Assembly: GCA_900552285.1 (NCBI GenBank)
Contig: URYV01000001.1
Coordinates: 1 to 40,300 of the forward strand
Reading direction: 5' to 3'
DNA from: an uncultured Oscillospiraceae bacterium
GTDB lineage: Bacteria > Bacillota > Clostridia > Oscillospirales > Acutalibacteraceae
Length of the DNA: 40,300 nucleotides
Shown here: in pieces, positions 8,961-15,842 of the stretch
How the letters are laid out: each line of letters starts with the position of its first letter
Position numbering within the stretch: position 1 is the first letter of the stretch
Made by a program: the position numbers and the translations under genes
Notes under the pieces: generated by a model
Told to the model about the DNA's origin: nothing
What the model saw: only the letters and a program-made list of their open reading frames with translations
Databases searched by the model: none

Positions 8961-10391
8961 TTATTCCTCCGTGTGATTGTTGTTGTCGGGCAGCGGCGCG
9001 CTTTGCATGAGCACGGTGAATTCGCAGTATTCACCTTCCTTGCTTTTGACGGTTATCTGGCCGTCCAGCATGGCGAGAATGGTTTTGACAAGGTAAAGAC
9101 CCAGCCCCGTACCCTTTTTGTCGGCGCCGCGGGATTTATCCACCTTATAAAATCTGTCGAAGACATAGGGGAGATCCTTTTCGGGAATACCCACCCCGGT
9201 GTTTGTTATGGTGAGGGAGGAAAGCCCCTCCTGAGAATTTTCGGTTTTGACTATGACGCGCCCGCCGGCGGGAGTGTATTTAATGGCGTTGTCCATAAGG
9301 TTGAAAACGACCTGATACATAAGGTCTCTGTCGGCCACGACGGCCGTCGGCTCGAGGGAATCAAGCCCCTCCATGGTGATGTCCTTGTCGGAAATTTGGT
9401 TCTCAAGCTGTATGGCGACGGACAGCACCGTTCGGGGAATGTTGACCGCCTGTTTCTTTATCTCAATCTCTCCCGCCTCGAGCTTTGAAAGATTGAGCAT
9501 TGAGGTGACAAGGCGGGAAAGCCGCTTTACCTCGGCCGAAACAATTTCGAGATATTCCTTTTGGCGGTCGCCGGTTATGGTGCCGTCGAGAATTCCGTCG
9601 ATAAAGCCGGAAATGGTGGTCATGGGGGTCTTTAGCTCATGGGAAACGTTGGCCACAAAGCCCCTGTGCTGCTGTTCGCTGACCGACAGCGAATGGGTCA
9701 TGTTGTTGAAGGCGACGGCAAGCTCGCCGATTTCGTCCTCGCGGTTTACACGAATGTACTTGGAAAAGTCGCCCTTCGACATTCTTCGCGCGGCGTCGGC
9801 CATGTCTCTAAGCGGACGTACCATGTTGGCCGTCAAAAGCGAGGTGACGAGAAGTATGATGGCAAGCACGCAAAGAGCCGACAGCACGAATATTTTAAGA
9901 ATGTTGGAAAGGAAAATTCCAAGCCCCGCATAGGGTATAAAGCTGAACACGGCGCCCGCCGTCTCCCCTCCCACCGTTATGGGAGCCGACACGATGACGC
10001 TCTTTTCCTTAAGCGCGCCGCCGAGGTCCCCGATGGCCGAATAGGTGCCGGTCAGGGCGGTCGCCGCAATGTCGGAGGAAATTTCGGTCACTCCGTCGTT
10101 GACGGTGGAGGCGTCGGAAATGGCCACCGTTCCGTCGTCGATAATGACAAGCACATGGCTTTCGGTGGCCGATGTGACAATTTCGGTTATCTGCATGATA
10201 TAGCGCAGATTTCCGCCCAGCACTCCCGCCTGCTGCGCGATGGCGTCGGCCTCGGCCGAGAGAGCCGACCGCTTGGTCTGAAGCCAGTAGCTGCCGGTGA
10301 AGGTGTAGATTATCGCGCCGAGAACCACAATGGCGATACAGGTGACCGAGGTGTAGGCGAGAAAAAATTTTCTGAAAAAGCTCTTTTTCAT
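8961..10391 (-). CDS. Two-component sensor histidine kinase (two TM segments, HAMP, HisKA, HATPase_c)
   Basis: This is a 476-aa ORF with the H-box VSHELKTPMTTI, N-box NLMDNAIKYT, G-boxes TGVGIP and GTGLGL, and a HAMP-like segment after the second TM segment. Confidence 0.9.
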   Translation of the reverse strand: MKKSFFRKFFLAYTSVTCIAIVVLGAIIYTFTGSYWLQTKRSALSAEADAIAQQAGVLGGNLRYIMQITEIVTSATESHVLVIIDDGTVAISDASTVNDGVTEISSDIAATALTGTYSAIGDLGGALKEKSVIVSAPITVGGETAGAVFSFIPYAGLGIFLSNILKIFVLSALCVLAIILLVTSLLTANMVRPLRDMADAARRMSKGDFSKYIRVNREDEIGELAVAFNNMTHSLSVSEQQHRGFVANVSHELKTPMTTISGFIDGILDGTITGDRQKEYLEIVSAEVKRLSRLVTSMLNLSKLEAGEIEIKKQAVNIPRTVLSVAIQLENQISDKDITMEGLDSLEPTAVVADRDLMYQVVFNLMDNAIKYTPAGGRVIVKTENSQEGLSSLTITNTGVGIPEKDLPYVFDRFYKVDKSRGADKKGTGLGLYLVKTILAMLDGQITVKSKEGEYCEFTVLMQSAPLPDNNNHTEE

Positions 10392-10395
10392 AAAG

Positions 10396-11079
10396 CTATC
10401 TCACTTCGAATTTATAACCCACGCCCCAAACCGTTTTGAGCGACCATTTGTCGGACACGCCCTCAAGCTTTTCGCGAAGGCGCTTGACGTGCACGTCGAC
10501 GGTGCGGGAATCGCCGTAATAATCAAAGCTCCAAACCTCGTCAAGCAGCTGATCTCTTGTGAAAACGCGGTTGGGGTTGGAGGCCAGATGATAAATAAGC
10601 TCAAGCTCCTTGGGCGGGGTGTCGATCTGCTTTCCGTCCACCCAAAGCTCGTAATTTGTCAGATTTATGACAAGCTTGTCGTATTTTACCACCTTGTCGC
10701 CGTTTTCTTCGGGCTTTGCGCCCCTGCGGAGAACCGCCTTTATGCGGGCGAGAACCTCCTTTGCGTCAAAGGGCTTGGTGATATAGTCGTCGGCCCCCAG
10801 CTCCAGCCCGAAAACCTTGTCAAAGGTTTCGCCCTTGGCCGTCAGCATGATGATGGGAACCTGAGAGCTTTTGCGTATTTCGCGGCAGACCTGCCAGCCG
10901 TCAAGCTTGGGGAGCATGACGTCGAGAAGAATGATGTCGGGCTTTTCGGCACCGAAGGTTTTAATGGCCTCGTCGCCGTCGTTGGCGATGACCGTTTCAT
11001 AACCGTCCTTCTCGATATAAAGCCGAAGCAGCTCGCATATATTTTTATCGTCGTCGACTATTAAAACTTTTGCAGACAT
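10396..11079 (-). CDS. OmpR/PhoB-family response regulator
   Basis: This is a 227-aa ORF. The receiver domain reads VLIVDDD...ILLDVMLPKLDG...LTAKG and the C-terminus is a winged-helix domain (RTVDVHVKRLREKL...VWGVGYKF). Confidence 0.92.
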   Translation of the reverse strand: MSAKVLIVDDDKNICELLRLYIEKDGYETVIANDGDEAIKTFGAEKPDIILLDVMLPKLDGWQVCREIRKSSQVPIIMLTAKGETFDKVFGLELGADDYITKPFDAKEVLARIKAVLRRGAKPEENGDKVVKYDKLVINLTNYELWVDGKQIDTPPKELELIYHLASNPNRVFTRDQLLDEVWSFDYYGDSRTVDVHVKRLREKLEGVSDKWSLKTVWGVGYKFEVR

Positions 11080-11161
11080 ATTACCCTCTCCTTAATCGTT
11101 TACAATTATTATAAATTCATTTTGTTAACAATTTATAAATCTCCTGTAACGGTTTTGTTGA

Positions 11162-12079
11162 TTATTCCAAATCTTCAAGATCATAGGGGGTGCGCTGGTA
11201 TACGAAATAGTTGAGCCAGTTGGAAAAGAGCAGATTTGCGTGGGCCCGCCAATTCATAAGGGGCAGGCGGTCGGGGTCGTTGTCGGGGAAATAGTGGAGG
11301 GGAAGCTCGGGATTAAGCCCCTTTTTAAGGTCTCTCTCGTATTCTCCCGCAAGGGTGCCCCTGTCATACTCCGAATGGCCGGAAATGAAAAATCTGCGGC
11401 AGTCGCGGCTTGCGGCAATGTGAACACCCGCCTCCTTGGAAACGCCGATTATGTCAAGGTCGCTCACCGCTTCGACCTCCTGAATGTCCACCCCCGTATA
11501 GCGTGAGTGGGGAGCGAAATAGCAGTCGTCGAAGCCCCTTATAAGGGGGTGGCTCGGCAGCAGAATTTCATGGGAAAAAACGCCGCACAGCTTTTTGTCT
11601 AAAAGGTGCTTTTTTATGCCGTAATAGTGATACATGGCGGCCTGGGAGCCCCAGCATATGAACATGGTGGAATAGACGTTTTTCTTGGCCCAGTCCATGA
11701 TCATGCAAAGCTCGTCCCAATAATCCACCTCTTCAAACTCCATAAGCTCCACCGGCGCTCCGGTGATTATCATGCCGTCATAGCGTCCGTCCTTTATTTC
11801 GTCAAAGGTTTTGTAAAATTTAAAAAGGTGCTCGGCGCTGACGTTTTTTGCCCTGTGGGTGACGGTCTGAAGCAGCTCGATGTCCACCTGAAGGGGGGAG
11901 TTGCTGAGCAGTCGGAGAATTTGGGTCTCGGTGGCCACCTTGGTGGGCATTAAATTCAGCAGAATTATTTTAAGAGGACGGATGTCCTGGTGGGCGGCGC
12001 GGTGCTCGGTCATGACAAATATGTTTTCGTCGTGCAGGGTTTTGGCCGCCGGCAGCTCGTCCTGTATTCGAATGGGCAT
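11162..12079 (-). CDS. metA: Homoserine O-acyltransferase (MetA family)
   Basis: This is a 305-aa ORF. MPIRIQDELPA...IRPLKIILLNLMPTKVATETQILRLLSNSPLQVDIELL is the characteristic MetA N-terminus, and the catalytic Cys context FICWGSQAA is present. Confidence 0.92.
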   Translation of the reverse strand: MPIRIQDELPAAKTLHDENIFVMTEHRAAHQDIRPLKIILLNLMPTKVATETQILRLLSNSPLQVDIELLQTVTHRAKNVSAEHLFKFYKTFDEIKDGRYDGMIITGAPVELMEFEEVDYWDELCMIMDWAKKNVYSTMFICWGSQAAMYHYYGIKKHLLDKKLCGVFSHEILLPSHPLIRGFDDCYFAPHSRYTGVDIQEVEAVSDLDIIGVSKEAGVHIAASRDCRRFFISGHSEYDRGTLAGEYERDLKKGLNPELPLHYFPDNDPDRLPLMNWRAHANLLFSNWLNYFVYQRTPYDLEDLE

Positions 12080-12120
12080 AAATAAAACCTCTTTTTCGGA
12101 AAAGTTTCTTATTCATTATT

Positions 12121-12149
12121 ATTGTAACACAAATTTCCTTTAAGCACAA
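12121..12149 (-). promoter_or_regulatory. Sigma-A-type promoter (extended -10) for metA
   Basis: On the minus strand the promoter reads TTGTGC (12149-12144), a 17-nt spacer, then TGtTACAAT (-10 at 12126-12121). The leader to the ATG at 12079 is about 35 nt. Confidence 0.55.
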
Positions 12150-12253
12150 GATAAAGGGCGGTATTTTTGCCCCTTGCGGCCAAAAGGGAGAGGGCAAAAG
12201 GGGAACTCTTTTCGGCGGAGGGTTACATTTTTGTATCATTCGGAGGGGCTATA

Positions 12254-12282
12254 TTGACTTTTTTATATATTTTAGATATAAT
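12254..12282 (+). promoter_or_regulatory. Sigma-A-type promoter for the flippase-like/GT4 fusion gene
   Basis: The promoter reads TTGACT (12254-12259), a 17-nt spacer, then TATAAT (12277-12282). It lies 69 nt upstream of the ATG at 12351, and GGAGAG lies just before the start. Confidence 0.65.
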
Positions 12283-12350
12283 AAGGCAGTACGACCATTT
12301 TGATTTTAACGTCATTTACATAAAACAAAAAACACAGGAGAGCAACACCG

Positions 12351-14594
12351 ATGAGTCAAATCGAAAAAAAGAGCGGTAAAACGCCCCCTAAAGGTAAGAG
12401 TAAGCTCAAAAAAGTGCTGATGTTCCTTGGCTTTGCACTTATAAATGTGGGCGTTATCGCATACATAGCCGTCAAAGAATTCGCAGGCGGCGAAAATAAG
12501 GCCGAGTCGGTCCCCGTGTCCCAGATTAACTTTTTCTTTATCCTTGCGGGAATCGGCTGCTTTGCCCTTTGCATACTTATGGAGACCTTTAAATACGAGG
12601 CCATGATAAGGGCCTCGGCCGGAAAAAGCGACAAAAGAACCGCCTTCGAGGTGGCGGTGCTGGGGAAATATTACGACAATATCACCCCCCTCGGCGCCGG
12701 AGGTCAGCCCTTTCAGATATTTCATCTGAAAAAGAGGGGATACACCGGCGGAACCGCGGCCTCCCTTCCCATTGCGGGCTTTGTTGTACTTCAGATGTCC
12801 TTTGTCTTTTTGGCGCTTATTATTTTCATCTTCAACGGCGGCGCGGCCGACGCCTATCCGGTCATTAAATATTCGGCATATGTCGGCCTGCTTTTCTATG
12901 CCTTTGTGCCCACCGTTATCGTGCTTTTTTCCCTCATGCCGAGAACCTTCGGCAAGATAATCAAGGGCTTTTTGTGGCTGTGTCACAGGCTGCACATTGT
13001 CAAGGATTTCGAAAAAACCAGCCAAAAGGTTTTTGTCTCCCTTGAGGAATACCGTTCCAGCCTTGTGCTCATTTCCAAGACCCCCATGCTCATTTCCAAG
13101 ACCTTTTTCTTCTCCCTTGTTTATGAGGCGTCGCTCATGTCCATGCCCTATTTTGTGCTGCGCGCCTTCGGGGTTCACGAAAGCTTTTTTCAGCTCTTTT
13201 CGCTGTGCGTATTTATATACGCCGCCATTTCCTTCATTCCCACCCCCGGAAATTCCGGCGCCGCCGAAAGCTCCTTTTACGCCATTTTTTCCTCGCTTGC
13301 GGGGGGAATGCTCTTTTGGGCGGTGCTTGTGTGGAGATTTCTTTGCTACTATGCCTTCCTCGCAATGGGAATTTTCGTTATTTTCACCAATTCGATGCGG
13401 GGAAAGAAAAACCGCAAAAACCGCAAGCTTTCCAGCACCGTTTCCTCCATTCAGTTTACCGACACCTTCTATCCCGTGGCCGACAAGGTGGCCGAAACGG
13501 TGGACAGTCTCGCCGTGCGCATGAACGAAACGGGAACCTGCTGCGTGGTCTGCCCAACGGCCGACTCCCCCTCAAAGGACGATTATCCCTATGAGGTCAT
13601 TCGGGTGCCGTCGGTGCGCCTGCCCTTTTTGGGAAGAAAGCTCCCGCTGCCCGTTTTCGACCGCAAGCTGAGAAATAAGCTCAAGGAGCGCAATTTCACC
13701 GCCTTTCATGCCCATTCGCCCTTCGGGGTGGGCAAGTTTGCCCTAAAGCTCGGAAAACGCTACCGAATTCCCGTCATCGCCTCCTTCCACAGGCAGTATT
13801 GCGACGAGCTTATCTCTCTTTCAAAAAATAAAATAATCGGAAAAATTCTTGCAAATTCCATAGTTAAATTTTATTGCCGCGCCGACGAGGTGTGGGCTCA
13901 GAGCCGAAGCACGGCCGACGTGCTGAGAAGCTACGGCTTTCGAGGCGACATAAAAATCGTGGGCAGGGGAACCGAGTTTATCGGCGAGTATGTTCCCGAG
14001 GAGCGGGTAGAGGCTCTGAGGGAAGAGCTGATAATACCCGAGGACAAACGGATTCTGCTTTATTTCGGCGCCCTGAGCCGCCAGAAAAACGTCCGCCTTG
14101 TGGTGGACACCTGCCTCGAGCTTAAGGAGACCGACGACCGCTATGTTCTGCTTTCGGTGGGCAGGGGGCCCGACGGAGACTATATAAAAACCGTGGCCGA
14201 AAAGCTGGGGCTGCGCGACAACATCATGTTTTTGGGTCACATTTCCGACCGTTCCAAGCTTTTGGCGGTAATTTCCCTGGCCGATCTGCTGATTTATCCG
14301 TCCCCCGACAACAGCTTTCCCTCGGTGGTGAGGGAGGCGGCCGCCCTTTCAACCCCCGCCCTTTTGGCCGAGGGGTGCGCCTCGGAATATATCAGCGACG
14401 GCGTTAACGGCTATTTTGCCGAAGCCGCGCCCGAGTCCATGGCCGAAAAAATAAAGGAAATCTTTGCTTCGGGAAAGCTTAAAGAGGTTGGGAATGTTGC
14501 CAAAAACACCCTCCCCGTAAGCTGGGACGAAATTGTCAGAGAGGTAAATACGAGATACAAAAAGGCGGCCAAGGAGCTTAGAAAGTGCAACTGA
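12351..14594 (+). CDS. Fusion protein: an N-terminal polytopic flippase-like domain (lysyl-PG-synthase TM region / UPF0104 type) and a C-terminal GT4-family (GT-B) glycosyltransferase
   Basis: This is a 747-aa ORF. About 340 aa form multiple TM helices carrying the signature YDNITPLGAGGQPFQIFHLKKRGY. The GT-B domain follows, with a HSPF...IPVIASFH N-subdomain and the C-terminal E-x7-E context FPSVVREAAALSTPAL. Confidence 0.8.
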   Translation: MSQIEKKSGKTPPKGKSKLKKVLMFLGFALINVGVIAYIAVKEFAGGENKAESVPVSQINFFFILAGIGCFALCILMETFKYEAMIRASAGKSDKRTAFEVAVLGKYYDNITPLGAGGQPFQIFHLKKRGYTGGTAASLPIAGFVVLQMSFVFLALIIFIFNGGAADAYPVIKYSAYVGLLFYAFVPTVIVLFSLMPRTFGKIIKGFLWLCHRLHIVKDFEKTSQKVFVSLEEYRSSLVLISKTPMLISKTFFFSLVYEASLMSMPYFVLRAFGVHESFFQLFSLCVFIYAAISFIPTPGNSGAAESSFYAIFSSLAGGMLFWAVLVWRFLCYYAFLAMGIFVIFTNSMRGKKNRKNRKLSSTVSSIQFTDTFYPVADKVAETVDSLAVRMNETGTCCVVCPTADSPSKDDYPYEVIRVPSVRLPFLGRKLPLPVFDRKLRNKLKERNFTAFHAHSPFGVGKFALKLGKRYRIPVIASFHRQYCDELISLSKNKIIGKILANSIVKFYCRADEVWAQSRSTADVLRSYGFRGDIKIVGRGTEFIGEYVPEERVEALREELIIPEDKRILLYFGALSRQKNVRLVVDTCLELKETDDRYVLLSVGRGPDGDYIKTVAEKLGLRDNIMFLGHISDRSKLLAVISLADLLIYPSPDNSFPSVVREAAALSTPALLAEGCASEYISDGVNGYFAEAAPESMAEKIKEIFASGKLKEVGNVAKNTLPVSWDEIVREVNTRYKKAAKELRKCN

Positions 14595-14633
14595 CCGCAG
14601 ATATTCGCCATTTAATTTCAGAGGTGTGTTTTT

Positions 14634-15824
14634 TTGTCTGACAGATTTTTCAGAAGAACCTGGGCGCAGGTCGACCTTGACGCCCTTATAAACAACTATA
14701 AAGTGTTGAGAGAGGCCGTCCCGAAAAGCGCGGGGATTATGGGAATAGTCAAGGCCGACGCCTACGGCCACGGGGTGGAGATGGTTTCCAAAACCCTGTC
14801 CGAGCTCGGAGTTTCCATGTTCGGCGTTTCATCTATTTCCGAGGCCGAGCAGCTCCGCGACTTCGGCATAACCGAGCCGATTCTCATTTTGGGCTACACC
14901 CCCTGCGAGCTTGCGGGGGAGCTTGCCTCAAACGACATAACCCAAACTGTTTACAGCCTTTCCTTTGCAAAGGCTCTTTCGAAAAGCGCCGTCAAACAGG
15001 GCGTTAAAATAAAGTGCCACATAAAGCTTGACGTGGGCATGGGTCGACTCGGCTTTCTTGCCAAAAACGACGGATGTATCGACGAAATTGCCGAAACGGC
15101 TGCCCTTGAGGGGCTTGAGATAACGGGAATTTTCACCCATTTCCCATCGGCCGACTTCGACGGCGACCGAAGCGGAGACATAACAAGGGCTCAGGCAAGG
15201 CTGTTTGTCGACCGCTGCACCGCCCTTGAAAAACGGGGCATACATTTTGAAACCAAGCATTGCTGCAATTCGGCGGGTTCGCTGACGGTGGGACGGGATT
15301 TTGCCGCCCTCGACTGCGTCCGCGAGGGCATAACTCTCTACGGACTGTGTCCCTCGGCCGCCCTTAAAAATGCGGCGGCGCTAAAACCCGTCATGTCGCT
15401 TAAAACCGTGGTTTCCATGGTCAAAACGGTGGAAAAGGGCGATACCGTGAGCTACGGAATGACCTTCACGGCGCAAAAAACCATGAGACTTGCCACCGTC
15501 TGTATCGGCTATGCCGACGGCTATCCCCGCCGCCTTTCCTCCAAGGGATATATGCTCATAAAGGGCAAAAAGGCTCCGATTGTCGGCAGGGTGTGCATGG
15601 ATCAGCTCATGCTCGACGTTTCGGACATAGATGACGTAAAGGTCGGCGATGAGGTGACCGTTTTCGGCAAAAGCGGAAATGCCGAGCTGTCGGTTGACGA
15701 GGTCGCCGCGGCCGCCGACACCATAAATTACGAGCTTGTGTGCATTTTGGGCAAGCGCGTACCGAGAGTTTTCATTCGCGACGGCAAGGTTTTGACCGTC
15801 ACCGACTATATTTGCAACCGCTGA
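14634..15824 (+). CDS. alr: Alanine racemase
   Basis: This is a 396-aa ORF with the PLP-lysine motif VKADAYGHG and overall Alr architecture (VCMDQLMLDV, INYELVC). It uses a TTG start 7 nt after GAGGTG. Confidence 0.92.
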   Translation: MSDRFFRRTWAQVDLDALINNYKVLREAVPKSAGIMGIVKADAYGHGVEMVSKTLSELGVSMFGVSSISEAEQLRDFGITEPILILGYTPCELAGELASNDITQTVYSLSFAKALSKSAVKQGVKIKCHIKLDVGMGRLGFLAKNDGCIDEIAETAALEGLEITGIFTHFPSADFDGDRSGDITRAQARLFVDRCTALEKRGIHFETKHCCNSAGSLTVGRDFAALDCVREGITLYGLCPSAALKNAAALKPVMSLKTVVSMVKTVEKGDTVSYGMTFTAQKTMRLATVCIGYADGYPRRLSSKGYMLIKGKKAPIVGRVCMDQLMLDVSDIDDVKVGDEVTVFGKSGNAELSVDEVAAAADTINYELVCILGKRVPRVFIRDGKVLTVTDYICNR

Positions 15825-15842
15825 AAACAGGGGGAAACAAAA

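Noticed and set aside
12080-12253. Possible SAM riboswitch, T-box or other leader upstream of metA. The region also holds a G-tract-rich GC island (GGG at 12186, 12192, 12200 and 12220) that could form a G-quadruplex.
   Set aside because: Neither strand carries a SAM-I core (GAGGGA...GGCCC...GCAACC) or the T-box sequence (AGGGTGGTACCGCG). The best metA promoter (12121-12149) lies downstream of the GC-rich element, which leaves only a ~35-nt leader. The only hairpin I found (TTTTGC/GCAAAA with inner CCCTT/AAGGG) has no U-tract. The G4 idea needs a 16-nt loop and remains pure speculation.
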